DNA of 59,493 bases from Candidatus Omnitrophota bacterium (GTDB taxonomy: Bacteria; Omnitrophota; Gorgyraeia; Duberdicusellales; 4484-171): the NCBI GenBank assembly GCA_043815185.1, contig JBDRJF010000023.1, forward strand, positions 1 to 59,493. The letters are read 5' to 3'. Of this stretch, positions 34,967-43,877 are shown one piece after another. A program made the translations under genes and the position numbers. A model generated the notes under the pieces. That model was not told the DNA's origin and searched no databases. It was given only the letters and a program-made list of their open reading frames with translations. Each line of letters begins with the position of its first letter. Position 1 is the stretch's first letter.

Positions 34967-35574
34967 AATACTCTCCTAAGAATCTTAGCGACTTTTTTCT
35001 TAATTTGATCTAAACTGGTATTAGCATTAATTATTTCAACTCTTTGTGGATATCTTTTGCTCAGCTGTAAGTAACCTCTGCGCAGGCGCTTATGAAAACT
35101 CAAAGCTCTTGATTCAATACGGTCCTTACACTTTAATCTGGCTAAGCCCACTTTTGGAGGAGCATCCAGGACTAAGGTCAGATTAGGAACCAGGCCTAAA
35201 GAAAACATCTTAACTGACCACTCAACAATCTTACCGAGCCTTAAGCCAAAACCCTGATAGACCAAAGTTGAATCAAAAAAACGGTCACAAATAATAAAGT
35301 CGTAGTTTTCTAAATCTTTGATTAACTTCTCCTCAATAAGCTGGGTCCGGGCAGCAAGGTAGAGAAGCAACTCGGTGTGAGCTGATAACTTTTTATTCTT
35401 CTTATCGAGAAGGATCTTTCTAATCTTCTCACCGACTTTAGTTGAGCCTGGTTCACGATAGACTTTAAAAGAGAGCTTTCGCTCCCTTAAGAGCTTGCTG
35501 ATAAACCTGATAATACTACTCTTACCACTGCCTTCTAAACCTTCCAGGGTGATAAAATAAGCTTTGCCTTTCAT
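34963..35574 (-). CDS. tmk: Thymidylate kinase
   Basis: P-loop LEGLEGSGKSS, DRF motif (CDRFFDST). Confidence 0.9.
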   Translation of the reverse strand: MKGKAYFITLEGLEGSGKSSIIRFISKLLRERKLSFKVYREPGSTKVGEKIRKILLDKKNKKLSAHTELLLYLAARTQLIEEKLIKDLENYDFIICDRFFDSTLVYQGFGLRLGKIVEWSVKMFSLGLVPNLTLVLDAPPKVGLARLKCKDRIESRALSFHKRLRRGYLQLSKRYPQRVEIINANTSLDQIKKKVAKILRRVF

Positions 35575-35576
35575 TT

Positions 35577-36992
35577 TTAATTATTATCTTCTTCGGGTAA
35601 TTTTTTTGCTACAAACATCGTAGAAGTAGCGGAATCAGTAACATAATATGGCGATTCATCTTCTATTTTTTTTCTTAGCACATCTGCTGTTTTGAAATCC
35701 TTCTTCGCTCTGGCCCGTAATCTTTTTTTAGCCATTTTTATCTGTTCAGATGATATCTTCTCTTTTTTTTTCACCTTAAGCCCAAATATTTTGAAAAAAA
35801 CTTCTAATTTCGACTTAATATAATTAAAAGCTGTTTCTTTGTCAGAAGATACAAAACCAGAGCCTAAATCAACTAACTCAAATAAACTAGCTAAAGCCCG
35901 AGGTGTATTAAAATCATCATCCATTGCTTGATGAAATTTTGCACAGGCAGCATCTATTTTATCTATATCTTCTTTTAAGGTGACAGTTTTTATTCCCGAT
36001 ATTCGCGAATTAGTTTTATCAAAAAAATCATAGAAACTTTTTTTCTGCTTTTTAACTTCTTCTATCTTTTCCTGGTTATAGTCAATGGAGTGCGAATAAT
36101 GGGCCGATAGAAAGAATAATTTTAATAAATCGGAATCTCTATACTTATCCATAAAACCTTTGATTGTAACAAAGTTGCCTAAAGATTTAGCCATCTTCTG
36201 CTTATCAATAGTCAGAAGGCCGTGGTGTATCCAGAAATTGGCAAAGGTTTTATTAGTTAGGCTTTCAGCCTGGGCCCGCTCATTCTCATGGTGGGGAAAG
36301 ATTAAATCTCTTCCGCCGCCGTGAATATCTAAGGTATCGGTTCTTAAAAACTTCCGGCTCATCACTGAGCATTCAATATGCCAACCTGGCCTACCCTTGC
36401 CCCAGGGACTGGGCCAGGAGGGCTCGCTCTGCTTAGCCTTCTTCCAAAGCGCAAAATCTAAGGCATCAACTTTAGCTTCATCGCCCTTAATCCTCACTCC
36501 TTCCCGCATCTGGTCAACACTCTGGCCGGAAAGCTTACCGTAACCTTTAAATTTACGGACGCTGAAATATACACCTGACTCAGTGACATAAGCACAACCC
36601 TTATTAATTAACCCCTGGATATACTTAATCATATCCTTTATATTCTCAGTAGCCCGGGGTTCTTGGTCAGCCTTACTGATGCCTAAAGCCTTTAAATCCT
36701 CATAGTAGCGGCTGATATACTTATTAACTAAATCTCGCCAGTTAATATTTAACTGATTAGCCCGGTTGATAATCTTATCGTCAATATCAGTGATATTTCT
36801 GATAAACTTAACTTTATAGCCCCGATAGTTTAAGTACCTCCGGATGACTTCAAAAACATAGAGACTTCGAGCATGCCCGATATGGCAATCATCATAGACA
36901 GTAACCCCGCAAGCATAGATCTCTACTGTCTGCGCTCTCTTAGGCACAAAAGGTTCTTTGCTCCTGGTTAAGGAGTTAAATATCTTTAGCAT
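35577..36992 (-). CDS. cysS: Cysteinyl-tRNA synthetase
   Basis: HIGH (CHIGHARS) and KMSKS (KMAKSLGN). Confidence 0.95.
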   Translation of the reverse strand: MLKIFNSLTRSKEPFVPKRAQTVEIYACGVTVYDDCHIGHARSLYVFEVIRRYLNYRGYKVKFIRNITDIDDKIINRANQLNINWRDLVNKYISRYYEDLKALGISKADQEPRATENIKDMIKYIQGLINKGCAYVTESGVYFSVRKFKGYGKLSGQSVDQMREGVRIKGDEAKVDALDFALWKKAKQSEPSWPSPWGKGRPGWHIECSVMSRKFLRTDTLDIHGGGRDLIFPHHENERAQAESLTNKTFANFWIHHGLLTIDKQKMAKSLGNFVTIKGFMDKYRDSDLLKLFFLSAHYSHSIDYNQEKIEEVKKQKKSFYDFFDKTNSRISGIKTVTLKEDIDKIDAACAKFHQAMDDDFNTPRALASLFELVDLGSGFVSSDKETAFNYIKSKLEVFFKIFGLKVKKKEKISSEQIKMAKKRLRARAKKDFKTADVLRKKIEDESPYYVTDSATSTMFVAKKLPEEDNN

Positions 36993-36993
36993 C

Positions 36994-38160
36994 TTATGAA
37001 CATCCCTGTTTTTTTAAAGCGGCAAAGACAAAGCAACTAATGCTGTTCCTTCCGCCCAAAATATCCAAACCTTCCTTGGATTTAAGTTTGACATTTACAC
37101 TCGGCAAGGAGAGAATCTTCCTCAAGGAAGCAGTAATTTTCCCTTTGTAAGGAAAGAGGCGCGGTTTATCAGTAATAATAATTACATCGAGATTGCCAAT
37201 CGTAAACTGTTTGTTGACTTTCTTTAAGATAAACTCAACGATGCTTCGGCTGTCAATTCCTTTTGATCTTTTATCCTGGGGCGGAAAATAATCCCCGATG
37301 TCTCCCAAGCCCGCGGCACCGCATAAAGCATCACTTAGAGCATGCAGCACCACATCTCCGTCTGATACCGCCACAAGACCAAAAGCAGAAGGAATTTTAA
37401 TCCCTCCCAGGATTAAATCCTTTCTTCTCCGGCTAATCCGGTGGACATCAAAACCTAAACCTACGCTGTAGCCTCCCCGGGCTATCTTTTTAGCCAGCCT
37501 TAAATCCTCAGGGTAAGTTAGCTTAAAATTTAAGCCCTCACCCTTAATCATCTTAACCGGCTTACCCATAGCCTCAACCATTTGAGCCTCGTCAGTAAAC
37601 TGGCTATTCGGCAAATTAAGTTGCCTCATCCTAACCCTCTTATAAGCCTTAAGTATTACCTCTCGTTTAAAACCCTGAGGGGTTTGGACAAAATAGACAT
37701 CTTCCCGGCAAAGAGTCTTTTTAATAAACCCTTGCTTTACTAATTTTAAAGTATCGGAACACTTTAGTCCGCAGATTACTGCCGGATGTTTTTTTAGCTC
37801 TTTTAAAATGTTAAGGACTAACTGCTTAGTTACGAAAGGCCGGGCCGCGTCATGAATAAGGACCCGATCTATGCCTTCACTTAAAGCGCCTAAGCCGTTA
37901 AATACTGAGTCGGTTCTTTTTGCGCCTCCGGCTACTAAAGTAATATTATTGCCTTTAATATTCTTCCTGGCTAAAGGAAAATTACTTTTTCGCAAGACCA
38001 AAACAATCTCCTTGATGCTTTTTATGCTTTGAAAGGTCTTAAGGCTCTTATAAAAAAGAGGTTCTCCCTCTAATTTTAAAACAGCTTTATCCCCTTTAGC
38101 TAACCTCATCCCCCGGCCAGCTGCGACTATAACTACACCGATACCCGAAGCCATCTTCAA
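36994..38160 (-). CDS. ispDF: Bifunctional IspD/IspF (MEP cytidylyltransferase / MEcPP synthase)
   Basis: IspD N-terminus VIVAAGRGMRL. IspF C-terminal half GLGFDVHR...SDGDVVLHAL. Confidence 0.9.
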   Translation of the reverse strand: MKMASGIGVVIVAAGRGMRLAKGDKAVLKLEGEPLFYKSLKTFQSIKSIKEIVLVLRKSNFPLARKNIKGNNITLVAGGAKRTDSVFNGLGALSEGIDRVLIHDAARPFVTKQLVLNILKELKKHPAVICGLKCSDTLKLVKQGFIKKTLCREDVYFVQTPQGFKREVILKAYKRVRMRQLNLPNSQFTDEAQMVEAMGKPVKMIKGEGLNFKLTYPEDLRLAKKIARGGYSVGLGFDVHRISRRRKDLILGGIKIPSAFGLVAVSDGDVVLHALSDALCGAAGLGDIGDYFPPQDKRSKGIDSRSIVEFILKKVNKQFTIGNLDVIIITDKPRLFPYKGKITASLRKILSLPSVNVKLKSKEGLDILGGRNSISCFVFAALKKQGCS

Positions 38161-38173
38161 CTTTAGGCCTCCT

Positions 38174-39169
38174 CTAACTATTATTGACTAGTTTGGTAAA
38201 GACGATTCTACCGCTGGAGCTTTGTAATATTGAGGTAACTTCGATGTTGACAGTCTTACCTACCAGACGCCGGGCATTCTCAACCACCACCATAGTTCCG
38301 TCTTCTAAGTATCCTACGGCTTGATTATGCTCTTTGCCTTCCTTAATCAGCTTAAGCGAAAATTTCTGCCCGGCGATAAAAGTCGGCTTGAGAGCATTAG
38401 CCAGGTCGTTGATGTTTAAAACCTTTACCCCTTGGAGTTGAGCAATGCGATTTAAATTATAGTCGGTAGTCAAAACTTCGCAGTCCAGGACCTGGGCTAG
38501 CTTTATGATCTTCTCGTCAACGCTCTTCACACTCTCCACATTCTGGTCAGAGACTTCCACCTCAATATTTGGCTCCTTCTTTAAAGAATGAAGGACTTCG
38601 ATACCCCTTTTCCCTTTTTGTCGTTTCATGTGGTCGGTAGAATCAGCTAAAGCCTGCAGCTCATTGAGAACAAATCGCGGAATAATAAGTTTTGCTTCGA
38701 CGAATCCGGTCTTTACAATATCCAGGATTCGTCCGTCAATGATACTGCTGGTGTCAACCACAATTGTTTCTTCCCTCTGGCTCTGGCGCTTAAGTTTAAC
38801 ATAAGGGATTACCAAACTGAACTCATCTTTTCCCTTAACTCCTAAGGTAAGCCCCAGATAAACAAATATAAAAGTAACAAATAGCTTAATATACTGAATA
38901 ATCTCAGTAGAAAAATCTTTAGGAAAACGGAATTGATCCAAGGTCGCACCGAATATCCAGGCAATTATCAAGCCGAGCATTATCCCAAACACGGCACTGG
39001 AAAGCCCCTTTAAAGAGACCCGGCGGCTGAAAGTTTCGAAACAGACCACTATCGCTCCTCCCAAAAACCCCATGCCTGCATAGAAAAAAGGGTTAACACC
39101 TCCTAAAGAATAACCTATCCCGGTAAAGATAAGGACAAAAAATACTCTTAAGAAAAATAAACCCATCAT
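38174..39169 (-). CDS. Membrane-anchored PIN-TRAM domain protein (YacL-like)
   Basis: N-terminal TM helices, PIN domain (VVDTSSIIDGR...TTDYNL) and C-terminal TRAM-like barrel. Confidence 0.8.
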   Translation of the reverse strand: MMGLFFLRVFFVLIFTGIGYSLGGVNPFFYAGMGFLGGAIVVCFETFSRRVSLKGLSSAVFGIMLGLIIAWIFGATLDQFRFPKDFSTEIIQYIKLFVTFIFVYLGLTLGVKGKDEFSLVIPYVKLKRQSQREETIVVDTSSIIDGRILDIVKTGFVEAKLIIPRFVLNELQALADSTDHMKRQKGKRGIEVLHSLKKEPNIEVEVSDQNVESVKSVDEKIIKLAQVLDCEVLTTDYNLNRIAQLQGVKVLNINDLANALKPTFIAGQKFSLKLIKEGKEHNQAVGYLEDGTMVVVENARRLVGKTVNIEVTSILQSSSGRIVFTKLVNNS

Positions 39170-39174
39170 AGAAA

Positions 39175-39203
39175 CCTCCTCAATGATCCGCCTTAGGCGG
39201 AGA
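39175..39203 (-). repeat. 29-nt conserved leader element (hairpin plus SD), copy 1
   Basis: Plus strand cctcctcaatgatccgccttaggcggaga is identical to 48900-48928. On the mRNA it reads UCUCCGCCUAAGGCGGAUCAUUGAGGAGG, immediately 5' of the start codon. Confidence 0.6.
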
Positions 39204-39222
39204 TTATTTAAACCTGTCAGAG

Positions 39223-40560
39223 CTATTTAAACACATCCTTGACGACATCCCCTAAAGTCGAAAACCCGCGGACTTTGAGGTTAAACTTCTCATCCACCTC
39301 CTTTAGATTAACCTCAGGAATTATACACTGTTTAAACCCGGCTCTGGCGACCTCCTTTAACCTTAGATTTATATTATTAACCCTTCTTAACTCTCCGGCC
39401 AGACCAATTTCCCCGATAAAAACCATACCCGAAGGTATACTATTCTCTCTAAAACTGGAAATAATAGCCATGACTGCCCCTAAATCTGCTGCCGGATCAT
39501 TTATCTTTAGGCCTCCGGCAACATTCAGAAAAACATCTTCACTGGATAAGGAAAGTTTTAGCCTCTTTTCAATTATGGCAATCAGAAGAGAAAAACGGTT
39601 AAAATCAAAACCGAGACTCCTGCGGCGGGCAATCCCGAAGTTTGCTCTACTGGCTAAGGATTGGAGTTCAATAAGCAGGGGCCTTAAGCCTTCTATAACA
39701 CAAATCACACAACTACCGGAAAAAGACTGCTCCCGATGGGGGAGAAAAATGTCATTTAGCTTCTGGACCTCTTTTAAGCCGGTAGATTTCATCTCAAAGA
39801 CAGCAATATCACCGGTAGAACCAAACCGGTTCTTTATTGACCGCAAGATCCGGTAGTTTGAAAGCAATTCTCCCTCAAAGTATAAAACGCAATCGACGAT
39901 ATGCTCCAGTAATTTTGGTCCGGCAATTGCTCCATCTTTGGTGACGTGGCCGACCACAAAAATAACTATGCCTAAAGACTTGGCAATCTGAGTAAGATAA
40001 TCAGCGCAGCCACGAACCTGTGAGATACTTCCCTTACTGCCTTCGCAGGTTAAGGTATGCACTACTTGAATCGAATCAATTACCACAAATTTAAACCCCT
40101 GGCTCTTAATGTATTCGAAGACATCCTCAAGCCTATCCTCACCGAGAATATAGATATTATCTAACTTACTCTTGCCTAATCTCTTAGCCCGCAAGCCAAT
40201 CTGCTGGGGAGATTCCTCAGCGCTAACATAAAGAGTCTTACCCTTTGCGGCCAGTTGTGAACTAACCTCAAGCAGAAGCGTAGACTTGCCTACTCCGGGA
40301 GCTCCGCCTACTAAGACTATCTCTCCGGCAATCAAGCCTCCGCCTAAAATTCGATCAAACTCGGCTAAACCGGTGGGAATTCTTTTAAAACCGCTGCTTT
40401 CAATATCTTTAAGCAGCTGAGGCGGCTGCTTCTCTCTCAGGCGTCTCTTTGCCCCTTTTTTATCTTCTATTTCTTCAGAAAAGGTCTCCCAGCCGCCGCA
40501 TAAGGGGCACTTACCTAACCATTTAATTGACTTATTACCACACTCAGAACAGCTAAACAT
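39223..40560 (-). CDS. radA: DNA repair protein RadA/Sms
   Basis: Zinc finger CSECGNKSIKWLGKCPLCGGW, Walker A GAPGVGKST, KNRFG motif and a Lon-like C-terminal domain. Confidence 0.95.
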   Translation of the reverse strand: MFSCSECGNKSIKWLGKCPLCGGWETFSEEIEDKKGAKRRLREKQPPQLLKDIESSGFKRIPTGLAEFDRILGGGLIAGEIVLVGGAPGVGKSTLLLEVSSQLAAKGKTLYVSAEESPQQIGLRAKRLGKSKLDNIYILGEDRLEDVFEYIKSQGFKFVVIDSIQVVHTLTCEGSKGSISQVRGCADYLTQIAKSLGIVIFVVGHVTKDGAIAGPKLLEHIVDCVLYFEGELLSNYRILRSIKNRFGSTGDIAVFEMKSTGLKEVQKLNDIFLPHREQSFSGSCVICVIEGLRPLLIELQSLASRANFGIARRRSLGFDFNRFSLLIAIIEKRLKLSLSSEDVFLNVAGGLKINDPAADLGAVMAIISSFRENSIPSGMVFIGEIGLAGELRRVNNINLRLKEVARAGFKQCIIPEVNLKEVDEKFNLKVRGFSTLGDVVKDVFK

Positions 40561-40705
40561 TGTTTAAGCTAAATACTTTGGCTAACTGGTAAATGGAAGA
40601 ATGAGCCAATGAGTATATGGGTTAATAGGGTTTAACATTTCTACTCTTATTCCCCCTTACACCCTTACACTCTTTTACTCATTTACCCATTTACTAATTG
40701 CGGGT

Positions 40706-41416
40706 TTAGGGTTTTCTTTTCTCTTTTGGTTTATGAAGCAGCTTCCAGGGATGGTTTTTTAAATCCGTGAGAAACTCTTCGGTGGCCTGGTATAAAGAAT
40801 CATCATAAACTAGCCGGCCGATTGTTCCTTGCTTATTCTTCACATCTTTAACTAAGCCTTTTATATCTAAACTTATATCTTCTAGGTTAAGCAATATATT
40901 CTCAAAAGAGTTCTTAAGCTTTCCCTCTTTCACAAATTCGTCTATTTCCTTCATGGTTTTAGTAAAAGCTGCAAAAACAGTAAAAAGCGGCACTGGCGAA
41001 GTCCCTTCGATAATATCACCATCGTTGATATAAGCTGTTGGCTCATCAATAGGAGTAATCTCTAAGTATTTTTCACCAAATAAACTCAAACTATTAACAA
41101 AAAAGTAAGCGTTTTTGGGAATTTTTACTCCCTGCTGGACTTTGGCGTGAACATAAACTTTAGAGTGACCCTTCTCCTCCCGGACTAAAACCTTTTGCAC
41201 TTCTCCTACATCTACGCCGCAAAAACGGACCGGCGAAGAAGTGCGCAGGCCTTCGGCAAAATCAAATTTAGCAATTACAATATAGCTGCCTTTAAAAATA
41301 TTGATATCTCGCAGAGAAAGAAGGGTAATAAAAAATAAAGTAAAAGCGGCCAAGAAAAAAGTACCTAATTTTACATAAGTAAGACTTTTTTTTCTGTCCC
41401 ATAAATTTATTCCCAT
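40706..41416 (-). CDS. mlaD: MlaD-family MCE-domain protein
   Basis: N-terminal TM anchor plus MCE domain. Sits in an operon with MlaE and MlaF. Confidence 0.75.
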   Translation of the reverse strand: MGINLWDRKKSLTYVKLGTFFLAAFTLFFITLLSLRDINIFKGSYIVIAKFDFAEGLRTSSPVRFCGVDVGEVQKVLVREEKGHSKVYVHAKVQQGVKIPKNAYFFVNSLSLFGEKYLEITPIDEPTAYINDGDIIEGTSPVPLFTVFAAFTKTMKEIDEFVKEGKLKNSFENILLNLEDISLDIKGLVKDVKNKQGTIGRLVYDDSLYQATEEFLTDLKNHPWKLLHKPKEKRKP

Positions 41417-42169
41417 TTAGACCTCCATTTCTTTTATCGGGCCGCCGGAACTTCCCTTTAAAAACTGTAATAATCGCTTATCTTGGGATTTTTTTAAATC
41501 CTGCTTATTGCCTTCAAAAATAATTTTTCCTCCTAATAAAAACGCTAGACGGTCAGCAAGCTTTAAACCTACCTCCAAATCATGGGTTACTACTACTGAG
41601 GTAATTGCTAAACGTTGATGGAGGTCCTCGATTAAAGATACTATCTTATCGACGGCAATCGGGTCGATTCCAGTAGTCGGCTCATCATAGATTATAATTT
41701 TAGGATTATAGATAATTGCCCGGGCTATAGCTACCCGCTTCTTCATGCCACCGCTTAACTGATAAGGATACATATCCTCTATGCCTTCTAAGCCTACTAA
41801 AGCTAAAGTCTTGGTTACTCTTTGGCGTATTTCCCGCTTGCTTAGCTTAGTGTGCTGATAAAAGAAAAACCCAACATTTTCCTCTACAGTTAAGAAGTCA
41901 AAGAGAGCACTGCTTTGAAAAACCAGACCGAATTGCAATCTCACCTGCTCCAGCTCTTGCTTAGTCAACTGGGTAATATCTACGCCATCGATGGCAATAG
42001 TACCGGAATCCGGCCTTAGCAAACCAATGATGTTCTTAAGCAAGACGGTTTTGCCGGCACCGCTGCGTCCGATTAATAAGTAATTCTCACCATTATTGAC
42101 CGTAAGGGTAACTCCGTTGAGAACATGCTTTCCGCCAAATGAACGATAAATGTTACGTATTTTTATCAT
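41417..42169 (-). CDS. mlaF: Mla-type ABC transporter ATPase
   Basis: Walker A GRSGAGKT, signature LSGGMKKR, Walker B IIYDEP. The ATG at 42169 overlaps the mlaE stop as ATGA, so the track start at 42205 was rejected. Confidence 0.85.
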   Translation of the reverse strand: MIKIRNIYRSFGGKHVLNGVTLTVNNGENYLLIGRSGAGKTVLLKNIIGLLRPDSGTIAIDGVDITQLTKQELEQVRLQFGLVFQSSALFDFLTVEENVGFFFYQHTKLSKREIRQRVTKTLALVGLEGIEDMYPYQLSGGMKKRVAIARAIIYNPKIIIYDEPTTGIDPIAVDKIVSLIEDLHQRLAITSVVVTHDLEVGLKLADRLAFLLGGKIIFEGNKQDLKKSQDKRLLQFLKGSSGGPIKEMEV

Positions 42170-42930
42170 ACCCAAGTAAAATAAAAAAGTGCCGTTAAAA
42201 TACAATCAGTAATAATAATAAGCATAAAAGACCTTACTACCGAATGGGTAACCGACCGGGAAACATCAGTAGAAGAAAAAGGCCGGAATCCTTCATAGCA
42301 AGCAATAAAAGCAATTACGCTGCCAAAACAAACACTCTTTACAAGACCGCTAAGAATATCCTTAAACTTTAAAGCATCAAGAGTCATCCGGAAGTAAAGA
42401 CCGAAGGGAATAGCAAACTTAGTTGAACCGACTACATATCCGCCTAAGATACCCAAAAAATCGGCATAAATAATTAAAATTGGCATACAGATAATCAGAG
42501 CAACAAATTTAGGGACCACTAAGTAATCAATCGGCTCAACCCCCAATGCTTCCAAGGCATCTATCTGTTCGCTGATCTTCATCGAACCGATTCCGGCGGT
42601 AATCGAAGCTCCTCCTCTTGCGGCTACAATTAAGGCCCCGATTACCGGCCCTAATTCTCTTACCAAGGAGAGGGCTACCAGAGTAGCAAGTTGAATTTCG
42701 GAACTAAATTGCTGCAATTGGTAAGCAGTTTGAAAAGCAATAATCATTCCAATAAAAAAGGCAATTAAGGAAACTAGGGGGAAGCTGTCGATACCAATAA
42801 AAATGATCTCCCGGATTAAAGATTTTATATTTCTTTTTTTAGTAAATAGCCAGCGGAAGATATTTTTTATAAAAAATCCGATACTGCCGATATAGTGAAA
42901 TAACTCCAGTAATTTTCTAATTGTCTGCAT
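42166..42930 (-). CDS. mlaE: Mla-type ABC transporter permease
   Basis: MlaE/YrbE family topology and the conserved EQIDALEALG motif. Confidence 0.85.
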   Translation of the reverse strand: MQTIRKLLELFHYIGSIGFFIKNIFRWLFTKKRNIKSLIREIIFIGIDSFPLVSLIAFFIGMIIAFQTAYQLQQFSSEIQLATLVALSLVRELGPVIGALIVAARGGASITAGIGSMKISEQIDALEALGVEPIDYLVVPKFVALIICMPILIIYADFLGILGGYVVGSTKFAIPFGLYFRMTLDALKFKDILSGLVKSVCFGSVIAFIACYEGFRPFSSTDVSRSVTHSVVRSFMLIIITDCILTALFYFTWV

Positions 42931-43877
42931 TAAAAATCTCTTCGCTTCTCAAGCCGCAAACTGGTCCCTTCCTCTTCCATCCTTAACCTTAAAAATTTAT
43001 CATCCTTCCAGTTATAACGTAACTCTGTCTTAGGGCTTGAATTTTCTGTTTCTGAGTCGGTATTTACAAAAACATTGAATTTCTCATCCAGCTGTTTCTT
43101 AAGCCCAATCTTACTATCATCCTCAGAAAATAATTGCCACTGATCGATAAAAACTTTCTGAATCTCATATTCTGCTCCCGGCAAAATATCCGAGAAGTCC
43201 CGCAAATCTAATACCCCTTTGATCTCTACCACATTGCCGCTCTCAAACACCAGTTGGGAATCAGTAATATTTAGCACTGGCGGCCGGCCTAAGAAATCTA
43301 TGCGCAGGTGAGAAAACTCTTTCCCTTTGTATTCTCCGCCATCCATTACTAAATAGCCGCTGAGAAGAAAACTGCTAATACCTCCCCAGGCTTTCATCTG
43401 TAGGTTTATTTCACCCTTCAAGAATTCTGATTCTTCTATCCAACTGCCTTCAAGGTCAAGATTAAGCTGATTCTTGGCTAAATCTACCTCACCTTTAACC
43501 ACAAATTGCGGTGAATAAAGATAAGGGATAAATAAAATCTTTCCCCTTAAGATTAGCTTAGCTTCAAGCCAAGGAATACCCTTATCACCCTCTCCCTCCA
43601 GATACTCTTTATCCAAAGGGGTGATAGCAATCTTTCTTCCCTTTATAGCTACTATCAAAGAACTTTCTTTATCCCCACTCCCAGGAGTTAACTCCCCAGC
43701 AGAATGAACTTTAAAACCAAACTCCCCGTTAACCTTGTAGCCCCCGAGATTAAAGTCAATTAGCCTTATTTGGTCTTCGGTTAAATTAACTTCAACTAAG
43801 TCCTGGCTAAAAACCCAAGTATTAGGATAAATTATCCCAAGAACTAACAGGAAGATAGCCAAAAGGCATTTTTTCAT
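42930..43877 (-). CDS. Exported protein of unknown function, first gene of the mla-like operon
   Basis: Signal peptide [18 protein letters not shown]. No recognisable domain. The stop overlaps the mlaE start. Confidence 0.4.
   Translation of the reverse strand: MKKCLLAIFLLVLGIIYPNTWVFSQDLVEVNLTEDQIRLIDFNLGGYKVNGEFGFKVHSAGELTPGSGDKESSLIVAIKGRKIAITPLDKEYLEGEGDKGIPWLEAKLILRGKILFIPYLYSPQFVVKGEVDLAKNQLNLDLEGSWIEESEFLKGEINLQMKAWGGISSFLLSGYLVMDGGEYKGKEFSHLRIDFLGRPPVLNITDSQLVFESGNVVEIKGVLDLRDFSDILPGAEYEIQKVFIDQWQLFSEDDSKIGLKKQLDEKFNVFVNTDSETENSSPKTELRYNWKDDKFLRLRMEEEGTSLRLEKRRDF

Noticed and set aside
39239-39856. 205-aa plus-strand ORF, along with many other 60-125-aa plus-strand ORFs such as 933..1283, 4303..4581, 13413..13706, 19838..20188, 45561..45854 and 49890..50219
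   Set aside because: All lie antisense inside well-supported minus-strand genes (radA, hsp20, the coiled-coil gene, sensors, clpC, lolC). Their composition is low-complexity and Ser/Leu/Pro/Phe-rich, typical of shadow frames in AT-rich DNA. None has an SD or recognisable motifs.
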